A DNA stretch of 64,000 nucleotides, taken from assembly GCA_010093605.1 (NCBI GenBank), contig MU004190.1, positions 1-64,000 of the forward strand, given 5' to 3'. Source of the stretch: Lophium mytilinum (lineage: Eukaryota). Under the pieces are notes generated by a model that was not told the origin of the DNA, made no database searches, and was given only the letters and a program-made list of their open reading frames with translations. The number at the start of each line of letters is the position of its first letter. Position 1 is the first letter of the stretch. Positions 10,971 through 24,700 of this stretch are shown here, in pieces. Both the position numbers and the translations under genes were made by a program.

Positions 10971-11300
10971 AGTAGAGTTGAAGTAGAGAAGAAGATGAGG
11001 TTGCCAGAGGACCATTTACGACGTGAAAGTGATGATATTTCTGTGGACCAAAGGTGTGTGTTCTGACATTCTTGAGAACCTGACAGTCAGATCTGGGGGC
11101 ATTCAAATGACCCTTTTCCTACCCAACGAAAGAATGCCCCGCCTTTTCCAGTATCACATTGACAACTGAAAATAGCGAGTAGTGCTCGAAGCCACTGGTG
11201 AAATCTCGTGTAAAGTCACGTCAAACCCGATCAATATATCACCTACTCCAAAGCTCGGGTTCAAGCCGTTTTAGAAGCTTTTTAGACCTACCCACCCCTC

Positions 11301-12566
11301 TTAGCTGCGCAAATCGTGTCCAGAATTAGCCGTGGCAGCTTGTGTGTTGAAGAGGTCGACGCCATGCCTCCCCGAAGGATCCCTTTTAAACAAACTTTTC
11401 GATTCGAGAACCATCACAGCATTCTCATCGCTATCGACGCTCCCATTTGCCTCATTTGCAAGAGCGCTATTCAGCCCATCGTCAGTGAATCCGAGATTTC
11501 TCAGACTCGCCATCGTCACCTCCCGATCCACTTCCGCCTTGGAAGCCTCGTCTCTCTTCCCACCACTTCCATGCCGCTTCGCGCTGCTGTAATTGGCCAC
11601 CCACTCCAAGTCCCTGAGATGTTGATCCGAGGGGTAATAGTGCCAAACCCCCGTGCTTTTCTCAAACCTCCTATTCGGCAGATACGATCCCAAAGCGTAG
11701 TAATTATCACGATGATACGGAAACTCAAAGGACTCCGGCCCCTCCCTTCCCATAAATGCATCCGTTTCGGTAGAAATGTCCGCCGCCGTCAGTTGGAAGA
11801 CTGGCCCGTCCCCTTTGAGCGTATCGTGCTTGTGCGTGCGCCAGATGATTTTAGTGGTCGTTGCGAGATGCTGCTCCAATATGCGGGCGTACCACAACTG
11901 GCTCTCGATAGCTTGTCTCACGACCTCGGCGTTGTCGTTCACGAGATCGAGATTCCACTGTGGCGATTGGCCGCGCGGGATCATTGAGATTGGCTTGCGT
12001 TGGTGGAGGTTTGGTTGCCAATGTGCGAGATCCACGATGAGGCAGAGGTTGTTCCACGCGAGTATGCACGTGAGGCATGTGCAGATTTCGTGCTGGTCAG
12101 GGGATTTTATGTGCTGATACGGCTTCTTATGGATATTTAGCATGTCCTGGCGTTTCTCGGCGAGGAGCGCGGGATGCAGCTCTGGATCGACCTGTTCTAA
12201 TGGCACAGGCTTCGGGAAGCATTTCGTTAGGATGGGGTATCGCCAGTTCATGATGTTTTGAGCAATGAAGTCGGCGTGGTGTTTGATGAGCCGGTGTAGC
12301 GTTCTTCCGCCTCGTGATAGCTTGAAGACATCGCTTGGACGCAGATAGCAAAAGATCTCTACCAAGATCTCAGTTGGGAGATCTAGGAGATTGGTTGGCC
12401 GAGGGATAGCAGCAGCTATCTTGGTCTTTTTCTGCTGTTTACGTTGGAGGCGGTCAGTTTTCTTGGAACGGAGTTGGATGGCTTCTGTGGTGTCGATCAG
12501 AGGTTCGTCTTTGTCGACAGGCGGCAAGTTCATGTTGGAGATCTGGTTCATCTTTCCTAACGGCAT
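11301..12566 (-). CDS. F-box domain protein
   Basis: LLDLPTEILVEIFCYLRPSDVFKLSR F-box motif; CTCLTC motif; 421-aa ORF. Confidence 0.88.
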   Translation of the reverse strand: MPLGKMNQISNMNLPPVDKDEPLIDTTEAIQLRSKKTDRLQRKQQKKTKIAAAIPRPTNLLDLPTEILVEIFCYLRPSDVFKLSRGGRTLHRLIKHHADFIAQNIMNWRYPILTKCFPKPVPLEQVDPELHPALLAEKRQDMLNIHKKPYQHIKSPDQHEICTCLTCILAWNNLCLIVDLAHWQPNLHQRKPISMIPRGQSPQWNLDLVNDNAEVVRQAIESQLWYARILEQHLATTTKIIWRTHKHDTLKGDGPVFQLTAADISTETDAFMGREGPESFEFPYHRDNYYALGSYLPNRRFEKSTGVWHYYPSDQHLRDLEWVANYSSAKRHGSGGKRDEASKAEVDREVTMASLRNLGFTDDGLNSALANEANGSVDSDENAVMVLESKSLFKRDPSGRHGVDLFNTQAATANSGHDLRS

Positions 12567-13085
12567 ATTTGCGAGTTGTTTCTCATCAATGTGAATAGAG
12601 ATGATGGGACGGGGTGGCGATTACCTATGCAACAAAATCTTGCGGGGACGTAAGGCTTGGCACCAAAAACTAAGTCCATTGGCTTAGATAATCTGATGTA
12701 TAGGTTCGCAATCATGGAAAGCGAAGGTACACCTTTGGAAAACTACATTAACATAGCTTTACCAAGGTATGGTTTATGACTGGAAGGCAAGCATTGTATT
12801 CATGTCTTGAAAGCTACTACAAGCAATTATAAATCTCGCAAGGCCTCAGAGTCTCATGCACAGCGTCATTAAACCGTCAGATCAACACGGAAAGCCGTCT
12901 GATTAAAGCCGAGTGGGCTATGATACTCCGCTGGGCTTTTCGCAGTTTGTTCCAGGTACACAGCCATTCATTTTGCCACACAGTCAAAAATCATATTCAC
13001 TTCAGTATCGATATCATTCTTATCCAAAAAGGTGCTATCTCATAGTAATAATCCTACAACCTCCTCCGCCATCCATCCGATTTCC

Positions 13086-16000
13086 TTAATCATCCGAATC
13101 ATAATCATACTCATCGTCATTGAGCAGACCCGGGTACTGCCGACTCCTCAAATCTTGCTCTAAGCCCCCATCAGATTCAGGATCCACGTAACCTATTTCA
13201 TGAGTCAGCGTCAACAAGTTCATATTTCTCTGGAGTCGAACTTGGGTGGAAAAAGACATACCTTTGCCCCCAAACAAGCTCAATGCAACGGGGAGGAAGA
13301 TCAGTGCGTGGGTAGCTGCCCAGACCACGAGTGCGAGCCAGACGCGGAAGTAGTAGATTTCGAAGATCTTGCTGCGCGTGAAAGCAAGAACGCAGACGCC
13401 GAGTAGCTTCGTGACTGTTATACCGCTAAAGACACTCGCGCCTACGTTAACGAGCGCGGTCCAGGCTCTGGCATCCCTAGCACGGAACTTATTCCGAGGC
13501 GCGCGCTCCATGACAGCACGGGAGGGGAATGTGAAAGCGCGGGCGACGTGGGCACAAAATTCGACGGAGATACCTAGGCAGATGATGAGGTTGACAAGCG
13601 AAACAGCGTTAAGGCTGACGCCAGCAAGTGCCATCGTACCGATGATGTCGGTGACGGTCATGGCCACTGTGACGGTTACGACTAGGGCTGTCTGGATGGA
13701 GCCTAGGAGTATGGTGTTGATGACGAAGACCATGGCCAGGCCGGAACCAAGTAGGGTGCCGGCGACCTTGACGATAGTGGTGTACTGGTCAAAGAAGATA
13801 TAAAACTTGGAGTATGGGAAGACTTTAGTCCCTGTGTTCTTAGAGATGTCGGAGGCGATGCGGCGGGCGGCGGTGTATGCTGCGATGAACTCGCGCTGGC
13901 TGTGGAGCGGCGTGTGAGATGTCCTGAAATGTGATGCAGGAATCGTAAGTCGCTTTTCGTCGATGACGAGCGCGTTACTGTAGGGTGCCGCTCCGCCAAG
14001 GGGACATTCAGCTGTTGTGGGAGCCTCGATCCAGCGGGTTAAGTAGGAGATGAATTCCTTCCCTTCAGGCATGCCCGAGAGAGTGAAATTCCAGGCGGGA
14101 TCGCGTCCGTCGAAGCACGGCTTGGACCCATCCACACAGCATTCTTCGTTCGACGGCTTCAGCCAATAGAAAAAGTCATCAATCCAATTAGCAGCCGATG
14201 CTGCGATGTACGAGACTTCCGGTCGCTTTCGCTCTTGCTCCAGCACATTCGCCAGCGACGTTTCTTGGCAAGTAGAGAATCTTGCACAGAGCTCTTGTTG
14301 GTGGACTCGCTCAGTGATGTTCAATTCCCTGGTGACAAAGTATACTGGAGGTCCGGCATCGAAGTAGTCGTAAAGGTCGTTGAAATAAGGAATGAGGTAA
14401 GAGTCGCTCGGGATGGCAATTCGCTGATCCAGCCCAAGTTCAACCTCTGGGAATAATCCGAGACCAGCCGCAAAGAAACCGAGGAAGACGGTGAGGATGG
14501 CGACCTTAGCTTTCTTACCCATAAGAGCTGGTGCGTAAGTCTTCCGGATGAATCGTTGGAGACTGCCTTCTTCACCCCCAGCATAGCCCAGATAGCTAGA
14601 TTCTGATCGCTTGACTCGTACGCAGGGAAAACAGTCTACACGATTTGCTTCCACACGAGTCTGGTTGAGAGACAGCACAGCCACGAACGTAGTTATCTGC
14701 AGGAGGGCGTTGATAAACACAGCTCCTGCGGCGTAAGCCGCAAAATTGCGAACAGCAGGCATGGTGACCGCGGCTCCCATGGCGAAGGCAACAGTCTCAG
14801 TCAGAGCAGAGAGCAGGATGCTAGGTCCCATCCGTCCTAAAGCTCTGGAGACTCGTTCTGCAACCGTTCCCTCTGGATGGCTGATATTAACCCGTTCAAA
14901 TTCGTGGACAATCAAGAAAATGTTGTCTACTCCAACTGCAAGGACGAGGAAGGGGATGACCTCAGCAATTATCAACGTGACCTTGATGCCGGCTGCGGAA
15001 AATAGACCCACGGAGGCGGATACAGACATGAGAACGATGAGAATGCCAGCAACACCAAGCATGAACTTGGACTGGACTAAGGCGGTTGAGGGGTTGCGCA
15101 ACACGGACTTGACAGTCAGGGTGGTGGATCCAAGGGCCAGTGAGGCGTATATGAACATGATGATGTAGCTGATAACTACGATCTTCGCATCCGTATTCGT
15201 CGATTTATTCAACTCTTGCTCTAAGCTGACTTCGGTATTGAAAGAGAGTCTCAGGCCTCGGTCCCTGGCCTCTGCTTGAACGGCAAGCATTAAGCTCTTG
15301 AGACTGTCTTCCCAATCCATCGCGCGCTGTATTTCTGCAGTGCCCTCGGCGTGATTATTGACGACCCAGGTGATGATGATAGCTTTAGCATCAATCACAC
15401 TCTCGTTGTATGCTCCAAAGAGCATTTTGGGATCCAGAGGTTGCTGGAACTCAGGGAGGCAATCCGTTGGGGTATTCGCGCAATCGGAGATTTGCTTTTG
15501 CCAGTTCTTTGGGCTGATATGAGCGAAGTCTCCTTGGAAATATTGTGTAAGTGATTGTACTACGCAAGCATCTCCAGTTGGCCGAAAACAAACGTCCTGA
15601 AAGGTGTCTCCATTCTCGTAGGAACGTAGGCGTTCGACTCGATTTTCCACGTCGAACCACCAAGCCAAAGTATCGTAACTCATAACTGGTCCCGGTCCAG
15701 ACTTATCGGTATCATTTACGAGGAAGGCTTGCTCGGCGCGGAAGAATGGCCCGAAGTTTTCATCGAAGAACACTTTCTCCTGCGCGGCAGCAGAGTTCGG
15801 CGCAACCCAGAGTCGCACTGGGTCTGTCTCCACAGTAAATCGCAACCACCCCAAGCTCATCAGCACCACGATAAGGAAGCTAGTGACGATAGTAATGGCC
15901 GGGTAGCGAGCACAGACGTATCCAAGTTTGCTGAAGGCCTTGTCGAGAGCAGTGTTAAGGAAATAATGCTTCGTCGGCCTGTCCAACATCGAGACGTTGT

Positions 16001-17022
16001 GTACCATATCTCCCTCGTCTTCATCGTCACTTGGGTCCAAGTCTTGAAGCAACCGTAATCGTTCGGCCTTGTGTCTCGAGTGTTTCGCGTACCAAACATG
16101 GCCAGAAACGGCAATGACAAGAAGGCCGATGAAGACTGAGTAGACAATGACAACAGCAAATGATAGACACGGTAGGAGTCCGACATAGCATTGCTTATTC
16201 GCGGTAATCTCAGGGAGATCCGGGCAAGATCCGCCACAATCAACGCAAGCACATCGGTATGTTTCGTCGGTATCGTTGCAGCTGCGGACCGTCTTGTCCA
16301 TGGGCACTATCTCTGGGTATTCGGTCTTGTTTGGCCTAGGAAAATTCATTTGGAAGGGACTCCCAAGAAACTTCTTGTCGCCGAGGAACTTGAGGAATTG
16401 CGTATAATTCTTCGCTCCTCCTCCAATGAAATCCATAGCATTGCCATTTGTCGCTCCGAACTTGACATCTTTGCAGCTATTGTAGAATTCCGCCCCATAA
16501 TCGTTCGATACAAAATGATTCAGCTCTGTGACCATAAATTTGTCGCCCTTTGGCTTGGTATCGGTGACGTTGATAAAGAGGGACTGATCGGGGGAGCAAG
16601 TGAAGGTGCAGAATAGGTTGAAGAAGTTGGCTTTACAAGCAGGGCATGCTGAGATAATGCCCTCCGCACGTTTCAGATTCGACTGAAGTGCTTCAACCTA
16701 GTACAGTCAGGACGTGGTGCTCAAGACGGGTGAAACTTGAACTCACCTGCTCGCTATTGCAGCACACATCAGTATCCGACCACGCATCACCGCACACCTC
16801 CACCAGCGTCTTCTTCAGGTCAGCGTCTGGTGTTTCAGCGGGCCCATTGTCCGGGCACGGCAGCTTCGGTCCAAAGAAGCCTTCGCTGCCACAATGCCCT
16901 CTGATGGCGCATCTCCCCTTCTCGTGTTTGTTGGTGAGGTCGGCATCGGCGAAAACGGTGGCAAGGGGGAGAGCGAAGAGAGCAGCAGCTACCGCTCGCC
17001 ATCTCGTGATGGCATTCTTCAT
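13086..17022 (-). CDS. NCR1: Niemann-Pick C1-like sterol transporter
   Basis: Signal peptide and Cys-rich N-terminal domain. ETDPVRLW, sterol-sensing domain (EVIPFLVLAVGVDNIF), GISVEFCAH. Introns at 16698-16746 and 13193-13261. Confidence 0.97.
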
Positions 17023-18240
17023 GCCTAGATGTGTTCGTCTCCGCGGCAAAGCGCTCTTCTGGAGAAGCGCCGACGCGGTACTGGACGTCGGCAACTAGGG
17101 CCGGTGTTGTTCAGGATGCTATATGAGGTGTGGGAACGTAGAATGCGTCGTTCAAATGAAGCAAATCGGTTCTTGATTGAGTGGGGAAGCGCTGTAGGCA
17201 GCACGGCAGCCTGGCAGCTATGACAGCGGTCTTGAGACGGGATGGAAGGTAGGCCGGGAGCTAGCTCCGGCGAGCTTCAAACGTGGGATCGGGAATGTTT
17301 GGGAGTGTAGGATGTGAAGTTGAGGACCAGCAAAGAGAGTTGAGAAGCTCTGTAGATGGTGGCGAGGCCGATACGACGACGAAGGCTGCGGTGGTGTTGT
17401 TGGCGGAGACTTGCGCCACGCAGAGTGGCAGGTGTTCAGGTACCGCCCGTGGAGATCGTCATCATTCGTCCAACTGCCAAGCCGTGCCGCATAGTGGCTA
17501 ACCGGGCCAGGATGTAAACACAAGACCAGCGGAGAATGTACGTAAAGTATTTCATGTTGTCGAATAAGGATAAAGATATTTCTGGATTGCCTCTTTTGGT
17601 TCAAAGGAGCTCGCTGAGTGAATGCCTAAATAGTGATGGGATGGACTACCAATGAGGCCCTCCGTGGAAATAGGACCTGATCACTCTAAGACGTAGCTAG
17701 GTATCGTACTATGGGGTTCACTTTCATGTATTCGGTCTATATAAAGGAACTGAACCCATCCCGCAAGACTTTTGAATATTCACTAGAGTACATGTCGAGG
17801 TATCCGCAAAAGTCCTGCTTATACACTATACATTCCACTATCACCTTGCCCTCACGGGGCATCTGTCTCCACTGCGCAATCACTGCCCCGCCATCTATCC
17901 GTAGATGTAGCGAGGAAAGGATGAGACCACGAAGGAAGAAAATAGCCCGTTCCCTGGCGCCAAACCAGGCGACGGTAAAGGCAAAGTCGAGAAGACCTAG
18001 CCCGCCTCTCGCCAGAAGCCAAAACAGAACCTCAAAAAGCTCCGACCCGACCGCCAACGCTGGTAGTGGCAGGACACCCGAAAGGTAATAGAGCAAATGA
18101 TCGAGCAGACCGCGCGCACCTCGCTAGCTATGACAGATGACCCAGTAAGAAAATTAACACGAAATGAGACGCACTGAAGGAAACGGTACTCGAGGTATCA
18201 GGGTCGTCGAAAGCAGAGCATTAGACCTGCCACAGCGAGT

Positions 18241-20587
18241 TCACGACTCTCCGCCGGTCGCTGCAGCGCCCTCGCCCTGGCCACCTCTGCCGAATCCGCC
18301 GCGGCCTCGTCCACGGCCTCGCTGGCTGCCACCTCTATCGCCTCCAAAGTTGCCACGACCTCGTCCGCGTCCGCCGCGGCCTCCTTCGCTGTCGCTAGCA
18401 CCGCCACTACGGTATCCGCCACTCTGGATGCCACCCCTGCTGCTGCTTTGCCAGCTGCCAGCTCCAAAGCGGCTGGGATTCGAAGGATCTCTGTAGATCT
18501 TCACACTGGGCACTCCGGGCTTGCTGTCCTGCTTACTTCCTTTGAACTCCTGGGAAATGCGATTCAGCGCGCCCTGCATTTCGCCGTTGTTAGCGAAGTG
18601 GGCAATGAAGAAGTGCTTCTGCTTCTCGATCCTCTCCACCTTCGGCTTGTCCTCGTCGGCGAGCAGATTCTTCGCCTCTTCTTCGTCCTTGACGTTGACG
18701 ATGAACAGCGCCTTGCTCTCCTTTTGTGGAGCGGGGGAGTCGTTCTTCGGGGCTGGTGATGCTGGACCCTTTTCGGGAGCAGCAGTTCCATTTGGCTTTA
18801 CCTCGCTAGGAATTGCCTTCTCTGCGCCAGCATTAGCCGGAGCGTGTCCTCCGGTAGACGTAGGCGGCTGAGGTGTAGCCGGCTTGATCGGGTCTTTAGG
18901 AGTCGCGGGAGCTGGAGAAGGTCCCGTACGGGCTGGCTGAGATGCAGGCTTGATCTGTTGCGCGGGTGGAGTAGGCGCAGCCTGCTGGCGGGTTTGTGGT
19001 GGGATGTTGGGGGTCCGGATCTGGGCGGGCGAGGGCTGTCCGGAGGGGTTGGGAAGGTTGCCGCCGGTTGGAGCCCCGGTGCTCGTTGAAGGGGCAATCG
19101 GTGCGCCTTGGCCGGGTTGAGAGGCGGCCGTCTTTCCACCACGGTGAGCAAAGTTGAAGCCCTGTGCTCGCATTTCCGTTCCGATTCGGCCATTGTCGAC
19201 GTCTAGAACCAGCCAGCCGTATGCTGCATCCGCAAGATTGAAGTTCCACATGTTCTTGAACGCGCTTTCATCGACCTGGCCGCTCGCGGGACCTGGAGTG
19301 GGGCCTCCGAATGGGTTTCCACCGTTGGCGATGGTCGGCATCTTGTTGACAATATCGAGTGCAAGGTTGAGCATTCTCTGCTGTGCCTCGCTGTCGCCAA
19401 CAGCCGGCTCAACCTCTGCCTTGACCGTATCCCAGACATCGTTGAACGACGCCTTGGAGGCTGCGAGCTTGCCACGGTAGTGATCGAGTGTTGGGTTGAC
19501 ACTGAACTCGTTGTACGAGCTACCGTACCTGAAATGGAGACCGGCGGATATGGAGAAGTCGGCTTTCAGGGTGACGGAGAGCTGATTCAATAGTCCTTCA
19601 CGCGCGGGTGAGGCGTGTGTGACGAAGATGCGGGTTTCGGTGGGATCGTAGACACGGTGCGCAGTATCCACGAGTTCGCCCATCTGGAGTAGTGTTGTCC
19701 ACATGGTTCCTTGACCGCCAGCAATCGTCGTCCTGCCCTCGCCGTTGTCGAACAGCTTGTGCATCACCACGGCACCTCCCAGTCCCAGCAATCGCAGCTT
19801 GATGCCACCGACATCGAGTAGTCGAGAGTGGCCCTCGTCGATTATGTGTAGGTTGTCGATCTTGTACTCGCCGGACCGGAGCTTCTCCAAAACCTGGACG
19901 TCCTCGCAGGCTCCCCATACTGTGTAAACGGGCACCTGTAGTGTGTAGGTCTTATTTAGGAAAAGGGGAAGCTCGGACAGAGGCAGCTTTTCGCGCGCAA
20001 AGCGCTCCTTGATGGGAGGTTGTGGGGGAGCGGTGGCGATGGATCGCTTCTGTTGGTCGGAGAGGAGAGGTGAATACTGGGCGACATGCTTGAGGGTCCT
20101 GTGCCAATGTTAGCGCGTGCAGAGACATGTGATGGACATGGCCATGGGTCTTTCTGGGGTGACATACTTTTCGGCGATGCGGTCAAGCGAGCGCTCATCG
20201 TAGAAGCCGAAATCACCAGTGTGGATGATGTAGTTCGCCCGTGCGTCGGCGGCGAGTTGGTTGAGAGACTGGAGATTTCCTAGAAAGGCGGTCAGCCATC
20301 AGAATCGAGGATGAAGAGCTCGCGTTGGTAAGCATACCTCGCACGTCGGCGATGCACAGGACTCGCGCGCTGCCCGATTGTATCACTCGTCCTTGGTTGG
20401 GGAGCAGTGGCTGCGCGCCAGGCACGGGTCCAGAGGGCGCTCCGCCGTTGGGCAGGTAGCCTTGACCATTGTACGGACGCGGCTGTGTGGGAGCTTGCTG
20501 GGGCATGTTAGCAGGCTGCAATGGTAGGTGGAGTGATGGGTGAGAAGTTGGAGAGGCGGCGGCGCGCGGTGAACGTACAGAAGCCAT
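18241..20587 (-). CDS. Calcineurin-like phosphoesterase-fold protein (DUF2433-type) with Pro-rich linker and C-terminal RGG tail
   Basis: Motifs LCIADVRG, IIHTGDFGFY, VYTVWGACED, THASPAREG and SAGLH across several short introns; RGG repeats at the C-terminus. Start is either 20587 (MAS + intron) or 20506. Confidence 0.85.
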
Positions 20588-21717
20588 GGAGGAGGCCGGA
20601 GCTGCGAATTCGAAGAAACTGTCGCGGTGGAGGGCTTGCGGAAGAGATTATGAGTTCGCCTGGGGCACTAGGAGTAGATGAGGAAGTGAGTAAGGCGGAG
20701 GATGGAGGTGAGATGGGAGAAGGAGGCGTGGAGGTTGCTGGTTGACTTCACGTCTGCTGCAAAAAACGAGAGAAGCGAGCTAGCGCCAAGGCGAAATGGA
20801 TGGGGCTGGCTGCACCGGTCGGAACACTCCACGCCTGCGTCTATATGCGGCCCTTCTAGACTTTAGGGGCCGAAAAGATAGATGAAAGCTCTCGTTCTGA
20901 CGCCTTACCCCGCTGGTTTCGCAGAAGTGTGTTTGGGCGGATATAACGCGTATATCATCGGCTTATGTTCATTTGAATGCAGAAAGCTTGGGAAGAGGTC
21001 CAGATCACGTGGTATCAGCCCCGTTATACAGTGGCGTCCACTCCATCTTTATAGGCAGCCTTTGAGCTTACCTACTTCTTAGAGATCCCATGGTACTGCC
21101 TCTCTAGCTGTCTAGTGTTCTATAAGTTTGTTACACAGATTGCTTGTGCCAAAGAACACATCCGTACAAACATGAACCACATGCTACTATCTACCTTCCA
21201 GACCTCCAGTGCCAGCATTCACTCACGAGCTATCATAATATTGCACCCCATTCAAGGATTATATGACCACCGATTCATTCACTATATAGGGGCAGACGAT
21301 CCCAGCTACCTCTTGCTGTTATGTCACTATTCCAAAGAAACTTGAGCGTAGCTGGCCATAGTATGTCTGCCCCTCTAATTAAGTCAATAAGCCATGAATG
21401 AAATGAAAACAATATCCGAATGAGGCCCGCCAGATAGCTGCTACTAAAAGCTAGTTATTGGTGAAGCTGTTGACGCTTTTGGCGCATGACGGAGTCGAGG
21501 CGCAAAGTTCCACCGAGGCCAGGTTTCGCGCTAGAGTCGCTTGGGCCGCATTTCAAAAAAAATTGTTTCTGACGGGGATCGCAGAAACCCCACCACGCCC
21601 ACATCACACACTCGAACTGCTTTCCCTCCCGCCGTCTTCTCTTCTTCCTCTTCCTTCTTCTTCTCCTTTTCTAGATACCCCGTCCCCCTTTTGTCCACTT
21701 CACCTCGTTTGTCCATC

Positions 21718-24700
21718 ATGGACGAGCAGCAATTTGTCCAGCTCCTCGAGAGCCTGCTCCAGCGTAATGTTGCCAGATATTCATACTGCTATGCTTCAGC
21801 TAACAGCTCACAGCGGACACGGAGCGCGTCAAGGCTGCCACATCGGCCCTGAACAAGAACTACTATACTTCTCCGCTCGCTCTTTCCGCCCTCCTCCAAA
21901 TCCTCGCCTCTCACCCCAAGCAGGAGCTGCGCCAGCTCGCCGCCGTTGAGATCAGGAAGCTCGTCCCAAGACACTGGCAAGCTTTGCCCGCCGACCAGAA
22001 AAGCACCTTGAGGAATCAGCTGTTCCAGGCTGCTCTCAACGAGAATGCCACCCTCGTTCGACACTCAGCTGCACGCGTCGTGGCCGCCATTGCTGCTATC
22101 GATTTCGAAGATGGAGAGTGGGCCGACCTCCCCGGCTACCTCCTTCAAGCTGCAACCAGCGAGACTGCGCGGCACAGAGAGATTGGGATGTACATACTTT
22201 TCACGCTACTCGAAGCTGTAGGAGACGAGTTCCCAGCAAACAACGCCGACCTATACAAGCTTTTCGCGACCACCATCCAGGACCCGGAGAGCGCAGAGGT
22301 CAGAATCAACACCATGCTCGCACTCAGCCGTCTTGCCATGATGCTGGATCCTGATGAAGACCCCAAGTCTCTCAAGCTGTTCCAGGACACCATTCCGGGC
22401 ATGGTCAAGGTCCTCAAGGCGACTGTCGATGAGGGCGACGAGGACCATGCCATGCAGGCATTCGAGGTTTTCCAAACACTCCTTGGGTGCGAGTCCGCGC
22501 TTCTCCAAAAGCACTTCGGCGACCTCCTTAAGTTCATGATAGAGTTGGCCTCTGCCACTTCGGTCGAAGATGATTATCGATCTCAAGCCCTAGGATTCCT
22601 GATGCAGTGTGTGCGTTACCGGAAACTCAAGGTCCAGAGCCTAAGACTAGGAGAAGAAATGACTCTCAAGGCACTTCAAATTGCGACCGAGTTCGGAGAT
22701 CTCACCAGCGACGATGAAGATCTCACTCCCGCGAGGTCAGCGTTGGGACTACTCGACATCCTTGCTTCTAGTCTACCGCCTAGTCAGGTCGTGGTCCCAT
22801 TGCTCAAGGCCATCGGCCCTTTCGTCACCAACCAAGATCCCGACTACAGGAGAGCTGGTATTCTTGCTCTAGGCATGTGTGTTGAAGGTGCCCCAGACTT
22901 CATCGCGACACAGCTCCACGAGATTCTTCCTATGGTTTTACACCTCCTCGAGGACCCCGAAGCCAAGGTGCGAGCCGCGGCTCTGAACGGCGTTGCGAGG
23001 TTGGCAGACGACCTCGCGGAGGACATGGGCAAGGAGCACGCTCGTCTGATCCCAGCATTGATTAAGAACTTCGACCTTGCGGTCAACGCTAGCCAGGGGG
23101 CCGAAAACGAGCGAAACTTGGAGATCATTAGAGGCAGTTGCAACGCCATCGACTCATTGATCGAGGGCTTGGACCCGGAAGATGCTGCCAAATACGTCCC
23201 GGAGCTCGTCCCGAGATTCAGCAGCGTATTCCAACACCCGGATTTCAAATCGCAGGTTGCAGCCGTGGGAGCAGTTGGTTCGATTGCCTCGGCTGCCGAG
23301 TCTGCCTTCCTACCGTACTTCGAACAGACCATGCATGCGTTAGCGCCCTACGTCGAAATCAAAGAGAGCCCGGATGATCTTGACCTCCGCGGTGTTGTGT
23401 GCGATTCCATGGGTAAGATGGCTTCTGCTGTCGGCGCTGAGCCATTCAAGCCATACGTTCTCCCGCTCATGAAGGCATCCGAGGAAGCTCTTCATCTCGA
23501 CCACCCCAGACTCAGAGAAACTAGCTACATCCTATGGAGCACTATGGCAAAGGTTTACGAGGAAGAGTTCTCACCTTACCTTGCCGGCGCTGTCAAGGGT
23601 CTCCAAGACTGTCTTCTACAAGAAGAAACTGACCTCGAAGTTCAGCTTGGCGAAGAAGCCAAGGACCTGCTCGGCCAAGAAGTCGTCGTGGCAGGACGGA
23701 AGGTCAAGGTTGCTGCTGCCACCGATGACGATGACGATGCTGAAGGTATGGAGGATATGGAAGACGACGAAGACTGGGACGATATCGGAGCTGTCACCGC
23801 TGTGGCTATGGAGAAAGAGATTGCCATTGAAGTTATCGGTGATATCATCACTCACACGAGACGTGAATTCCTTCCTTATCTCGAGAAGATTGTCACCAGC
23901 ACACTTGAGCTTATCGAGCACTCGTACGAAGGTGTCCGCAAAGCTGCCTTGGGAACGCTCTGGCGAACCTACGCCTGCCTCTGGGGCTTGGCCGAGGGTG
24001 CTGGAATGGCCCCATGGAAGCCTGGTGTCCCACTCCAGGTAGAACCCACGGAGGACCTTAAGAAGCTCGGTAGTCACATCATGACTGCGACGCTAGCAGT
24101 ATGGCAGGATGAGCTGGATCGGTGAGTTATTTTACGTTTATTTTGATGCACCATGAAAGGGCTCCAGCCTTGAAATGATGATTTAACATCGTTAATCCCA
24201 GCTCACTCAGACACACATGTTGCACAAGTGTACTCATGCGGTGGTTGCTGAGAACGCGAAAATCCTGATCTTCTCTCCATTCTTCAAATTTTTCCATCGT
24301 ACTATCTCTGTACTCGGAAGCTAATCGTAGGATTTCAGGGGCACCGTAACCGATATCAACCGCGATCTTGCGGCTACTTTGAAGCTGTGCGGTCCTGCAC
24401 TACTATACACAGACCAAGGCCTGGTTGTTCCTCAAGTCACACAGCAAATTCTTGCAATCCTCACCAAGCGCCATCCGTGCCAACAAGATGAAGGAGACGA
24501 GGCAGAGGATGACGTTCCAGAAGAATCATCAGAATACGACTGGTTGGTGATTGAGACTGCCACCGAAGTCATCACGTGCCTCTCTTGCGCGCTTGGTCCT
24601 GGGTTCGCGGAGCTGTGGAAGATATTCGAGAAGCCACTGCTCAAGTATGCTAGCAGCCAGGAATCAACCGAGCGAAGTGCTGCCGTCGGCTGCATTGCCG

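Noticed and set aside
17711..18096. Overlapping 125-aa and 119-aa ORFs
   Set aside because: Probably 3' UTR or intergenic DNA between the DUF2433-type gene and NCR1; no motifs.
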